A DNA stretch of 64,000 bases from Spirochaetota bacterium (GTDB lineage Bacteria > Spirochaetota > Leptospiria > Turneriellales > CBDBES01): assembly GCA_965206985.1 (NCBI GenBank), contig CBDBLF010000011.1, forward strand, positions 271,730 through 335,729, in the 5' to 3' direction. The position numbers and the translations under genes were made by a program. The notes below the pieces were generated by a model that had not been told where the DNA came from, searched no databases, and saw only the letters and a program-made list of their open reading frames with translations. Of this stretch, positions 9,963 to 19,136 are shown in pieces (the stretch's first letter is position 1; the number at the start of each line of letters is the position of its first letter).

Positions 9963-10282
9963 GCCACCCTCCTTTTGCTTGGCTTGGGCCACGTGCCGAG
10001 CAATGGCCAGAATTCTAAGACTTGCTCGTCTGTAAGATTCAGGTCTTTTTGCAGGGCTTGAATGATGTGATATGTATGTAACCGACCATGGATGGCATGA
10101 CTTAACCCAATATAATCTACTTGTATTGCTGTAGCAGCATTCGTTAAACTTTTATGTTTAAAGAGTAAGGCTCTCTTGATGTCTTCACGACATTTAACAG
10201 GTATCTGTTTAATTTGAGCCGCTAACGCCTTGAGTTGAGAGAGCTCTTCACCGATTTCTATAGCTTGACTAACTGTTTCCAT
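9959..10282 (-). CDS. Ner/Cro-like HTH regulator, first early gene
   Basis: EDIKRALLFKHKSLTNAATAIQVDYIGLSHAIHGR; divergent from the repressor. Confidence 0.7.
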   Translation of the reverse strand: METVSQAIEIGEELSQLKALAAQIKQIPVKCREDIKRALLFKHKSLTNAATAIQVDYIGLSHAIHGRLHTYHIIQALQKDLNLTDEQVLEFWPLLGTWPKPSKRRVA

Positions 10283-10320
10283 ATTTACCCCCTGACTGTT
10301 ATTATTGTAGTTGATTAGTA

Positions 10321-10371
10321 GTAGTAGTCATTGCATTATGAAATGTCAATAACTTTTTTTGCATAATGCAA
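10321..10371. promoter_or_regulatory. Lysis/lysogeny switch: leftward promoter and two palindromic operators
   Basis: TTGCATAATGCAA (10359-10371, perfect inverted repeat) and variant TTGCATTATGAAA (10331-10343). The variant lies between minus-strand TTGACA (10344-10349) and a -10-like TACTAC 17 bp away. Confidence 0.65.
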
Positions 10372-10391
10372 TTATTTTTTTGTTTTTTTAT

Positions 10392-11258
10392 ATGTTAGTT
10401 GAAAAAAGATTAGAATACATCATAAAACAGATTAATATCACCCAAAGCAACTTTGCCAATAGTATCGGTTCTACTGCTAGTACGATCAGCAGGCAATTAA
10501 ATGGTATAACTCAAATAGATAAACAAGTAGCTCTATCCATTCAAGCTGTCTATAACATCAACCCCGACTGGCTTCTCACAGGCGAAGGCGAAATGTTCCT
10601 CAGCTCTCCCCAAGGTGGCTATACTCCCCCCCCTGACCCAACGGCTCAGCTAAAGGGCAAAGATAAAGAGTCGGCTCGTGAGTATATAGACTACCTTAAA
10701 GACAAGCCCCAGTTTAAGGAATACATAGCAGATAAACAAGAGTTCAAAGAGTGGCTAGAAAAACAAAAGCAAGTAGAACCAGAGTTGCCACAAATACAAA
10801 AAATAGATATTAAAAAAATTGAAGAGGAGGTAAAATACCCACATGGTAGAATGGCAGAGCTGTATCATGTTGATGGCAGAGTGGCAGCGGGTACACCTTC
10901 AGAGATATTTGAAGAAGAACCCAGAGCACGATTTCAAGTTGATAGGTTATTGCTTAAAAACTCCCGCACCAAAGAGCTATTTAGCATAGAGGTAAAAGGC
11001 GACTCTATGGAAGGGGCAGGTATCTATGAAGATAACATCATTATTTTACAACCAGTTTATTCTGCTTCAGATATAAGACATAGAGACATCGTTCTTGCTC
11101 GCATTGAGGGAGCTCTTACTCTCAAACGAATCTTAAAAAAGAGAAAGCCTCATGTTCTTCATGCCGAAAACCCAGACTACAAAGATATAGAGCTAAATAG
11201 TGAAAAACATGTAATATTAGGTAGAGCAATTGGGCAGTATAGAAGTGATTTTAGGTAA
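10392..11258 (+). CDS. CI/LexA-like repressor (XRE HTH + S24 autopeptidase)
   Basis: HTH ITQSNFANSIG...INPDWLLTGEGEM; AG cleavage site VAAGTP; catalytic GDSM and TLKR. ATG 10392 preferred because the TTG start lies in the operator. Confidence 0.9.
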   Translation: MLVEKRLEYIIKQINITQSNFANSIGSTASTISRQLNGITQIDKQVALSIQAVYNINPDWLLTGEGEMFLSSPQGGYTPPPDPTAQLKGKDKESAREYIDYLKDKPQFKEYIADKQEFKEWLEKQKQVEPELPQIQKIDIKKIEEEVKYPHGRMAELYHVDGRVAAGTPSEIFEEEPRARFQVDRLLLKNSRTKELFSIEVKGDSMEGAGIYEDNIIILQPVYSASDIRHRDIVLARIEGALTLKRILKKRKPHVLHAENPDYKDIELNSEKHVILGRAIGQYRSDFR

Positions 11259-11318
11259 ATTGTTGTTGTCAGAATGTAAGCCAGTTTTTTATTTATAATA
11301 AAATTTACTTATTAGGGG
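11254..11318 (+). repeat. 65-bp leader repeat, copy 1 (ends in an RBS)
   Basis: 63/65 identical to 13337-13401. Confidence 0.9.
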
Positions 11319-11326
11319 AAAACAAT

Positions 11327-11839
11327 ATGAAACTTTATAATTCTATTTTATTTGCTTTGGTGATATCAATCAGCTTCTCTGCTGAAGCTAAGGAAGTCTG
11401 CTTTGACTCTACCCTGTCAGATAGCAAGGCTAAAACTAAGTCTGGTAAGAAGCGTTTTGCATTTATGGAAAAAGTAGATACAAAATTAAGATGTGCAAAA
11501 AAACCAATTAAAGATCAAGAGATTTTTGGTTGGTATGGTACGGGTTTTTTATATCTAAATTCAGAATGTAAAGAACACTTGGTTCTTGAATTAATCATAC
11601 CAAATTATGATGAAGATTCACCTTTAGTAAGCATGAAAGACGATAAAGCTACGATTAAAAAAATTAAGAAGCTTGGCTTTAAAGAGTTTCGTATAAGAAC
11701 TTTTTCAGAGATAGAACTTCCCGATAACACTCACAAAAATTATGATTATATTTTTCCCCTACATAGCAAAGACTGGTCTAAGGTAATCGAATCAAACTCG
11801 CCAAAGCGAGCTAACTATAAGCTTTATAAATGTGATTAG
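11327..11839 (+). CDS. Secreted accessory (moron) protein, Cys-containing
   Basis: Signal peptide ending AEA; paralog at 14106-14469. Confidence 0.75.
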   Translation: MKLYNSILFALVISISFSAEAKEVCFDSTLSDSKAKTKSGKKRFAFMEKVDTKLRCAKKPIKDQEIFGWYGTGFLYLNSECKEHLVLELIIPNYDEDSPLVSMKDDKATIKKIKKLGFKEFRIRTFSEIELPDNTHKNYDYIFPLHSKDWSKVIESNSPKRANYKLYKCD

Positions 11840-11851
11840 AAAATCTATAAA

Positions 11852-12034
11852 ATAAAAAATAAAGCCATTGTGCTTGCTTCCATCGACAGTGAATTGACGC
11901 TGAAGAGAATCATAAAAGACAAACAGCCTCATATCCTCAAAGCAGAAAATCCAAAGTATTCAGACATTGAACTAAACAACGACCAACACGCAATTTTGGC
12001 AAAATTCTTGTTGTTGATCAGCGAGAACAGATGA
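11852..12034 (+). pseudogene. Startless second copy of the repressor S24 C-terminus
   Basis: IKNKAIVLASIDSELTLKRIIKDKQPHILKAENPKYSDIELNNDQHAIL aligns to repressor IRHRDIVLARIEGALTLKRILKKRKPHVLHAENPDYKDIELNSEKHVIL. Confidence 0.85.
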
Positions 12035-12142
12035 GCGGTGGTGGAATAAGTGATTATTGTCATCACTTAGTCGTCGTCAATAATTACCGCAATATAGGGA
12101 GAGCTATATGTCAGGTGTAGAAATAATTTGGTCGTGTCATAT

Positions 12143-12907
12143 TTAATCAAAGTTTCTATTTGCGATGAATAATTCTTGTATAGACCACTTATGATTCGTC
12201 ATTTCTGTAGCCATTGCTGGGGTGATTTGAATTGGTTTTCCTCCCTCATACTCAGCTAGACTTGAATGTGGAAGGCAGAGATTGTAATAATTAGCAACAA
12301 AAGAATTATGCCCCTGCATATATTTGAATTTTTTTGAAAAACCCTGACTTTTACGCTCTATTCTATGATTGTGTTGGCGAAGAGTCAAATTATTCCTTTC
12401 TACAGCAAAGGTGTTCATCTGATGACTTACTGAAGAGTTTGCAATATATTCATCTAGTAGCTTTTGATCACCAAAGATTAGAGATTTGTCAACTTCCTTA
12501 CATCTCCCTTTTTCTATTCTCTTAATTATTTGCCCATAACATAGAGATTTGGGTGATTAAAGCTTTCTAGTCATTGAGTCAAATTTACCATAAACTGAAA
12601 GAATGGCATCACTATATCCCTCATATCCATCAGAGGTAATCAAGAATTTATCTTCCCTCTTTGGCTTACTTCTTGTTTTTACCTTGGTCAGTAACTTTCT
12701 AGCATTCACTGAGGTCCTCTTGCCTGTTATATGCGCTAAAATGAGCTTTTCTACAGGCAATACTGCAGTAAAAGTCCAGATATCCCCTATTTCATCACTT
12801 AATCGCTCAGTCTCTGATAGATTGTATTGTTTTTTAAAGACAAAACCCCAATGCTCGTCTAATTGAATTTCATTGAAAGACAGGTTTTTGTATATATTTT
12901 TTTTCAA
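12143..12907 (-). pseudogene. InsB-like DDE domain split by a nonsense codon
   Basis: QLDEHWGFV, TSDGY, VERNNLTLRQ. TAA at 12557-12559 where the copy at 36501-37265 has CAA. Confidence 0.85.
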
Positions 12908-13247
12908 CTTTTAGTGAATCTTCACCTGCTGCTTTAACCCAAGCAAGAACTGTATCCTTGCTGATACCAAAGACTCTTCCGGTAGCTCTAATGCCACAGC
13001 CCTCAACTGTGTTTTGTAATACCCGAGTAATGGTTTCTTTGCTTTTCTTGCGACGAAAAAAAATAGTGCCTTTATTCTCTGAAAAGCATCTACCACAAGC
13101 GGTGCACTTTAAATAGGCTATTTGTTTGTACTTACCAGACATATAAGCAAAGCGCACATTTCCTTCATTTACCTTATGATACTTATGGCAGTCTGTATTT
13201 TGACAGCTAAAACCACTTGTATCAAAGGTATATTTTCTTTTGTTCAT
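12870..13247 (-). CDS. InsA-like Zn-finger/HTH protein
   Basis: CQNTDC...CTACGRCF...EGCGIRATGRVFGISKDTV; A8 run in the overlap with insB (-1 frameshift site). Confidence 0.85.
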   Translation of the reverse strand: MNKRKYTFDTSGFSCQNTDCHKYHKVNEGNVRFAYMSGKYKQIAYLKCTACGRCFSENKGTIFFRRKKSKETITRVLQNTVEGCGIRATGRVFGISKDTVLAWVKAAGEDSLKVEKKYIQKPVFQ

Positions 13248-13336
13248 AATGAGACATAACCTTAATTTAAGGGAGATAAGTCAATTCCTTTTTTAATTGG
13301 AAACTTTGATTAAATATGACACGACCAATAATTTTG

Positions 13337-13401
13337 GGTAAATAGTTGTTGTCAGAATGTAAGCCAGTTTTTTATTTGTAATAAAATTTACTTATTAGGG
13401 G
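13337..13401 (+). repeat. 65-bp leader repeat, copy 2
   Basis: Near-identical to 11254-11318; precedes the gene at 13411. Confidence 0.9.
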
Positions 13402-13410
13402 GAAAGATGC

Positions 13411-14100
13411 ATGATTGATAAAATAAATACTATATTGAGGTGGTTTTTTGCCATATTCTTTGGAATGATGGGAATATCTATGATTAAGAGTGGTATACCA
13501 AGTATATTAGTTCTAATTTCAGCATTACTTCTTTTGCCATTTAGCGAAAAACTAATTAATAAAAAAATAAAAATACCTCGAATTAGATATATTCCGATGG
13601 TGGTAATTTTATTAGCTGTCAGCGTATTCTCTCTAATTGGAAAAAACAGTGGTAAAAAGGGCAACATTAATGAGGAGGTTGCTGTTAATTATATACCCGG
13701 AATGAAAGAATATGATTTGGCAGGTATTCTTATCGATAAGAATTATAAGTGTAAGTTTACCCCTGGTGAATCTCAAAACAAGCACGGGTGTATTCTAAAA
13801 GCAAGCGGTTATCAGGTAACGGTAGACATATTTGGTAAGTCTTCAAAAATAAAGACTGTTGATGCAATTGTTCAAAACTTTGGTGGGAGTCGCACTTCTA
13901 AACTTGCCAAAAATCATTTAGGTTTTATTAGTTCAATCCCCTATGAAGGTTCTACTCCCAAAGAAGCTAGGGGCTGGGTAGAGAGTAATATTAATAAAAA
14001 AAGAACAGAAAAGATATTTCGAAAGGTCAAGTTTAGTATTTATGGAAAGGGTCGTTCTAAATGGTTACGTATTTCAGCCATTCAGCCAGAAACAAAATAA
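13411..14100 (+). CDS. Accessory membrane protein (about 3 N-terminal TMs + soluble basic domain)
   Basis: Hydrophobic N-terminal segments; RBS supplied by the leader repeat. Confidence 0.75.
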   Translation: MIDKINTILRWFFAIFFGMMGISMIKSGIPSILVLISALLLLPFSEKLINKKIKIPRIRYIPMVVILLAVSVFSLIGKNSGKKGNINEEVAVNYIPGMKEYDLAGILIDKNYKCKFTPGESQNKHGCILKASGYQVTVDIFGKSSKIKTVDAIVQNFGGSRTSKLAKNHLGFISSIPYEGSTPKEARGWVESNINKKRTEKIFRKVKFSIYGKGRSKWLRISAIQPETK

Positions 14101-14105
14101 ACAAC

Positions 14106-14469
14106 ATGAAACTTGTTAGTTCTTCGTACGTTTTATTTACTTTAATGTTATTAACTAGTTTTTCCATTCAGGCTAAGAAGGTCTGCTTTGACTCTACTTT
14201 ACAAGATAATAAAGCAAAGACTAAGGCTGGTGAAAAAACGCTATAAGTTTGCACAAAAGATAGTTAACAATTTAAGGTGCACTAAAAATCCAAACAAAGA
14301 TATAGATACTTTTAGCTGGTACGGTACTGGCTTTTTCTATATAAATTTAAAGTGTAAAGAAAACTTGGTTTTAGAACTTGTTGTAAAAAACTCTTTACAA
14401 ACTGATATGCGAGTAAGAATCAAGTATATTTCTGGCAAATGGCATTTAGTTGACTGGCTTGGTGCTTAA
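14106..14469 (+). pseudogene. Frameshifted, C-terminally divergent paralog of 11327-11839
   Basis: KVCFDSTLQDNKAKTKAG / LRCTKNP..WYGTGFFYINLKCKENLVLEL; frame broken at the A6 run 14233-14238. Confidence 0.8.
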
Positions 14470-14534
14470 CTAAGCTTCATAAACCTAAAAAATCCTTCTT
14501 GACTTTCTGTCTTAAATAGTTTAGTTTATGTCCC

Positions 14535-14735
14535 ATGCCATTTTCTTTAGGGACGAATAAATTTTTGAGTCATCGTGAGGCCGCTAGACTACTGGGAGTT
14601 TCTGATAGAACGTTGACCCGTTATCGCCAAGAAGGCAAAATTAAAGCAGTTAAATACAGCTCCCGTAAATACATTTACCGAAGAGAAGACCTTGAAGCCT
14701 TCCTAGAGAATAACTATTCTATACAAGAAGTGTAA
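14535..14735 (+). CDS. Xis/MerR-type (HTH_17-like) DNA-binding protein, candidate late regulator
   Basis: FLSHREAARLLGVSDRTLTRYRQEGKIKA...YRREDLEAFL; upstream TTGACT-17-TAGTTT. Confidence 0.85.
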   Translation: MPFSLGTNKFLSHREAARLLGVSDRTLTRYRQEGKIKAVKYSSRKYIYRREDLEAFLENNYSIQEV

Positions 14736-14743
14736 ATAAAAAA

Positions 14744-14824
14744 CCGACAAATAAACACTTATCGGACAATTTGTAATTTAGCGGACAGTTCGACCTTGAC
14801 TTTTCTCTTGAGAGAGGCTATATT
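14744..14824 (+). promoter_or_regulatory. Candidate late promoter 1 with phased GACA boxes
   Basis: GACA at 14746, 14765, 14784; TTGACT (14796)-17-TATATT; repeated at 21106-21186. Confidence 0.75.
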
Positions 14825-14838
14825 CTCCCTTCAATTCA

Positions 14839-15039
14839 ATGAAAAACATTACTATAAAAGATATTATCCAAGTGGCAATTCTGATGGGCTCTTTACTTGT
14901 CTACTATATGACAACCATTAAAGACCATGAAATTCGTATATCAATTTTGGAGTCGGAATCTAGCTCCACGAAAGAAGACCTCAGAGAAATCAAAAAAGAC
15001 ATTAAAAAGCTACTGGCAATGATGGGTAAAAGCAGGTGA
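14839..15039 (+). CDS. Small TM + coiled-coil protein (holin/antiholin-like)
   Basis: One hydrophobic segment and a charged coiled tail; first late gene. Confidence 0.5.
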   Translation: MKNITIKDIIQVAILMGSLLVYYMTTIKDHEIRISILESESSSTKEDLREIKKDIKKLLAMMGKSR

Positions 15040-15254
15040 GTATTTTAAATAACTCTAAACACTCTGAGCAGATTATTTGGATTATTGTACTTGTTAGTAT
15101 TCTAATTGTGCTGTCTGATATTATTTTGCAAGTTTGTGGATATACCGTTCAAATGGGCTATATCTATGGTTATATGGGTACCTTGTCTGGTATGTTTACC
15201 GGTTTGCGTGGTTTCAACAAGAAAGAGGATACCAAAAGGGGGGCGAATAACTGA
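15036..15254 (+). CDS. Two-TM holin-like protein
   Basis: Two hydrophobic segments, basic C-terminal tail; GTGA coupling. Confidence 0.55.
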   Translation: MSILNNSKHSEQIIWIIVLVSILIVLSDIILQVCGYTVQMGYIYGYMGTLSGMFTGLRGFNKKEDTKRGANN

Positions 15255-15625
15255 TGCCAGCATTTTTTTTGCCAATCATTACTTTTTTTAAAAATAAGTT
15301 AACGGGGGTTTTAACAATGAGCATACTTTTAATTTTATTTTATGTATGGTTTTCTTTTGGGAACATGAATTGCAAATCACTTGACTTCAAGCGTTCAGGT
15401 TTGGAGGCACGGGAGGAGGCAAGTCTGTCAAGCTACGCACTCTGCATGCGGGTTATGGCCGATGGTAATTCTAATGTCGCGGGTAAGAATGTTAGTTTTT
15501 GTAATGATCTAAAAGAACAAAATCTAAAAGAAGAAGAACATAAAATCTGTGTCGATGCACTGAGAAGTAAAGCGAATTGCTACATAGAAATTTGGGAGAG
15601 AAAATCTCTTCAAAACAACCAATGA
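15254..15625 (+). CDS. Membrane-anchored Cys-rich protein (spanin-like candidate)
   Basis: N-terminal TM, several Cys; position in the lysis-like cluster. Confidence 0.4.
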   Translation: MPAFFLPIITFFKNKLTGVLTMSILLILFYVWFSFGNMNCKSLDFKRSGLEAREEASLSSYALCMRVMADGNSNVAGKNVSFCNDLKEQNLKEEEHKICVDALRSKANCYIEIWERKSLQNNQ

Positions 15626-15631
15626 AATGGT

Positions 15632-16180
15632 ATGGCTTATTCAGAAAAGGTTAAGCTTAGAGCATATAATTTTTATCTTCAAGGTCAAAATTATGAACAG
15701 ATCGCAGAAAAACTTTCTACTGCTTTTCACATTAATATAACACCTCAGACCATTCGGGGATGGGCTTTCCGCAAAGATAAAGACGGCTTTTGCTGGTCTG
15801 AGCAAAGGGAAGGCATTCGGGAGTCGGTTAGAAAAAACATGGAGTCTAACACCCATGATAAACTTTCTGAACTAGAGTCGAAAGCAGAAGCCCTCCAAAA
15901 TTCTTTATATTCACAGATGATTGATTCCTCGGCACCTAAGGTTGGCAGCTTTGAAGGGGGAGTTTACGCCTTTAAAGCTTTGGCTGATTTTCGTATGTCA
16001 CTCGATAAAAATGCGTCAGAGAAACACCCGTTAGTTTTGGTGCAGATACTTTTAGAAGTTTTGGAACAAAATCCACGTGTAAAGAAAGTCATTTCAGAAA
16101 ATTGGAATAAAATACAAAAACAGTTATCCGAAAAAATAGGCAAGAAAGAATTTGTGATTGGTGATGAACAAAAACAATGA
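15632..16180 (+). CDS. Terminase small subunit-like HTH protein
   Basis: AYSEKVKLRAYNFYLQG...TIRGW...W; precedes the large terminase. Confidence 0.7.
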   Translation: MAYSEKVKLRAYNFYLQGQNYEQIAEKLSTAFHINITPQTIRGWAFRKDKDGFCWSEQREGIRESVRKNMESNTHDKLSELESKAEALQNSLYSQMIDSSAPKVGSFEGGVYAFKALADFRMSLDKNASEKHPLVLVQILLEVLEQNPRVKKVISENWNKIQKQLSEKIGKKEFVIGDEQKQ

Positions 16181-17601
16181 CAGAAAATCCGAAAGAAACC
16201 AGTACTATTTTAGAAAATTTTCTAATTGAGGGTGAAAAACATTTTTCTAAAAGCAGAAGTCAAAATGTTTTCATCAAAGGCCGTTTAGATGGTGCTTCCT
16301 CTCTGGGGGCATTTGCAAGTTATATTGACCCTAGCTTTATTACGCCTCATCACATCCAACTTTTAATAGAGAAACTGGAAGCAATCGAAACAGGGGAAAT
16401 AAAGCGGTTGATTATCAACATGCCTCCGAGGCATGGAAAGAGCCAACTGGTCAGTCGTATTTTTCCTGTTTGGTGTTTGGGGAGAAAACTGAATCGTCAA
16501 ATCATACTCGCCAGCTATGCGGCCAGGCTCGCTCAACGACTTACTCGCTGGGGCAGAGACAAAGCTGAATCAAAGGAAGTGAAAGATATTTTTCCAAATT
16601 TGCAAATTAGAAAAGACGTTCGAGCGAGTTATGAATACCAAAATACTAAAGGTGGTCTTGTTTTGGGGGCGGGTGTAGATGGTCCGATTACAGGCTCTGG
16701 GGCTGATATTGCCATTATTGATGACCCATATAAAGATTACCACGAAGCCAAGTCAGAACTTATCTCTACGAATGTTTGGGATTGGTTTCGCTCGACACTA
16801 CTCACTAGGCTATCGCCAAAGGGAGTTGTGATCGTGGTGCATACCCGCTGGATGACCCACGACCTAACCGCACGCATACTAGAGCTAGAGCCAGAAAACT
16901 GGGAGGTGGTTAAACTACCTGCCATTAACCTAAAAGGCGAGGCACTCTGGCAAGAGAGGTTTCCTGTAAAAGAGCTCTTAAAAATTAGAAAGTCTTTAGG
17001 GGAGTCGCTTTTTCAAGCGATCTATCAACAAGAGCCGGTAGATATAACAGAGCGTCTTTTTGAGGAGCCTAGGTTTTGTGAGCCTCCTAAAGACTTAAAA
17101 ATCTTTGCCTACCTCGACCCAGCTTTTGGAGGTAAAGACTATTCGGCACTTACCATTGGTAGAGTAGGAAGAGAAGATAAAAATGAGTTTAGAATTTATA
17201 TCAAAGCAGGCTATATCTGGAATTCTCAAATCGATAAAACCTATAACCTAGTAGAGAAGTACTGCAAACAGGAAAATGTAACCACCTTGTATGTAGAAGC
17301 CAACCAAGCTCAAAGTGTTTTAAGCCATGAATTTAGAAAGCGTAACCTCTTTGTAAGAGATGTTAAAAATGTATCAAATAAACATCTACGAATTGTAAAC
17401 TATGTAAAGGTAAACTGGGATAAAATCTACTTTTCTAAGTCGGTTGACTCGGCTTATTTAAAACAGATTCTAAGTTATTCAGAGCATGCTTCTCATGACG
17501 ATGCACCCGACTCTTTGGCTGGCCTTATCCAAGCTTTAGGTAGAGGAGGTAGACCACTTTCGGCACGGTATTCTTTTCTCAGTCGGCTTCGTGGTTTTTA
17601 G
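16177..17601 (+). CDS. Terminase large subunit
   Basis: INMPPRHGKS, IIDDPYK, TRW, YLDPA, HDDAPDSL. Confidence 0.95.
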   Translation: MTENPKETSTILENFLIEGEKHFSKSRSQNVFIKGRLDGASSLGAFASYIDPSFITPHHIQLLIEKLEAIETGEIKRLIINMPPRHGKSQLVSRIFPVWCLGRKLNRQIILASYAARLAQRLTRWGRDKAESKEVKDIFPNLQIRKDVRASYEYQNTKGGLVLGAGVDGPITGSGADIAIIDDPYKDYHEAKSELISTNVWDWFRSTLLTRLSPKGVVIVVHTRWMTHDLTARILELEPENWEVVKLPAINLKGEALWQERFPVKELLKIRKSLGESLFQAIYQQEPVDITERLFEEPRFCEPPKDLKIFAYLDPAFGGKDYSALTIGRVGREDKNEFRIYIKAGYIWNSQIDKTYNLVEKYCKQENVTTLYVEANQAQSVLSHEFRKRNLFVRDVKNVSNKHLRIVNYVKVNWDKIYFSKSVDSAYLKQILSYSEHASHDDAPDSLAGLIQALGRGGRPLSARYSFLSRLRGF

Positions 17602-17602
17602 T

Positions 17603-19027
17603 ATGCTTGATTTAACAGGAGTCGCACAAAAAGGTAAAGAACAAAGAAAAAGAGTTGGTCGTTTTGATTCGCTCGCTTCACAAGTTCAAGGCAGGGGTAC
17701 CCGCAAAGACAAGCTACTGGGGCTTTCTCCATCTCACCATAGTATGCACCCCTCCGAAGCGAGGGCTTGGTTTTTTTCAAACGGTTTTGTTCAAAATATA
17801 ATTTCGGCACCGGCAGAAGACGCCACCAGAGAATGGATCACAATCACGACCAACAGAGACGACGACCTGAAAATAAATCGCCTCATAGAGAATCGTTTGG
17901 CGGAACTAGAAATTCAAAACAAACTAGAAGAGCTCATACGCTACATGAGAATATTTGAAGACGGGGGTTTTATGTATTTTGGTATTGATTCAAATCAGAT
18001 ACCCCATCGTGAAATCCTTAAAGAACCGATGCCTTCGAGAATACGTAAGATAGCATACATCAATGTTTTCTCTTCGGAACATGCAAGTCTGATACACCAA
18101 AATGGCTACGATCCATTAGCCAAAAACTACCATTCTTTCGATAGCTATATTTATGGAACACTGGTTCATGCAAGCCGTTTCTCGTGGATGGTGAATAACT
18201 ACTCTTTTGAGGAGCAAAGAGGTGTCTCTGTGATTGATACCATATTAGACGCTATAAAGGCACAAGATACCGCTCTCTGGTCGGTGACTTCTCTAATTAT
18301 GGAGATGTCGGTAAAGGTTTTCAAAAGTCCACAAACTAGAGATGATTCACCCGCTCAGTTGATGGAGTATTTAGAGCTTCTGCGAACCTCTCTTTCTACT
18401 CAATCGGTGGCAGCTCTAACCGAAGACGAATCTTTAGAGCGCCTCGAAATCAGTGGTTTGTCAGGTGGCGGCATCAAACCTCTTTTTGATTTTATCTTTG
18501 ATAATCTAGCCGGGCTTTCTCGCATACCCAAATCACGGCTGATGGGTCAGTCTCACGGGATCATTGGAGCTGGCCAATACGATTTGATTAGCTATTACGA
18601 TTCTATCGCAAAATTTCAGGAACTTAAAATGCGTCCTATTTTAGAAATTATCATTTCTCTGATTATCAAGGAAGAGCTGGGAGAAATTTACAAATGTTTA
18701 AATGGCGAAATTCATTCACTCGACTGGGAGTTTTGTTTTAAACCTCTTTGGCGACACACCGAAAAAGAACAGGCAGAGATAGAGCTTAGACAGGCTCAAG
18801 CAGATTCTTTATACGCTCAGAATGGAACGCTCTCTGGGCAAGATATCCGATCAAAAAGGTTTTCTGATTTAGAGGAGTTTAGCTCTTATGAGTCTGCTTC
18901 TGATTTGAGCAACACATCAGAGGCAGAAGAGAGGCTTGCAAAAGACTTATTTTTAGAAAAAGATAATTCATTTGAGGCAAACCAAGAAAACAAACACACA
19001 GGCTCTCTGACGGGTTTTGCAGTCTAA
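17603..19027 (+). CDS. Portal protein (DUF1073-like)
   Basis: PAEDATREW, IPKSRLMGQS..G...DLISYYDSI..FQE; follows terminase. Confidence 0.85.
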   Translation: MLDLTGVAQKGKEQRKRVGRFDSLASQVQGRGTRKDKLLGLSPSHHSMHPSEARAWFFSNGFVQNIISAPAEDATREWITITTNRDDDLKINRLIENRLAELEIQNKLEELIRYMRIFEDGGFMYFGIDSNQIPHREILKEPMPSRIRKIAYINVFSSEHASLIHQNGYDPLAKNYHSFDSYIYGTLVHASRFSWMVNNYSFEEQRGVSVIDTILDAIKAQDTALWSVTSLIMEMSVKVFKSPQTRDDSPAQLMEYLELLRTSLSTQSVAALTEDESLERLEISGLSGGGIKPLFDFIFDNLAGLSRIPKSRLMGQSHGIIGAGQYDLISYYDSIAKFQELKMRPILEIIISLIIKEELGEIYKCLNGEIHSLDWEFCFKPLWRHTEKEQAEIELRQAQADSLYAQNGTLSGQDIRSKRFSDLEEFSSYESASDLSNTSEAEERLAKDLFLEKDNSFEANQENKHTGSLTGFAV

Positions 19028-19136
19028 ACAGGGTAAATGTCCTACTTTATATTTTGGACAAATTGGACAGCACTTTGGACGCGGCTATGAGGGTCTTATG
19101 TATAAGGTTGGAAGTTTCCTAGCGATTTACTAAAAT

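Larger units (their letters stand above)
12130..13326 (-). mobile_element. IS1-family element, copy 1 (1197 bp, inactivated)
   Basis: TIR GGTCGTGTCATATTTAATCAAAGTTTC; 8-bp TSD AATAATTT; insA- and insB-like ORFs. Confidence 0.9.

Noticed and set aside
11254..13401. Integron attC sites or CRISPR repeats
   Set aside because: Only two copies, no attC-like palindrome, no tyrosine integrase; the repeat ends in an RBS
14535..14735. True excisionase
   Set aside because: No site-specific integrase; the element moves by DDE transposition
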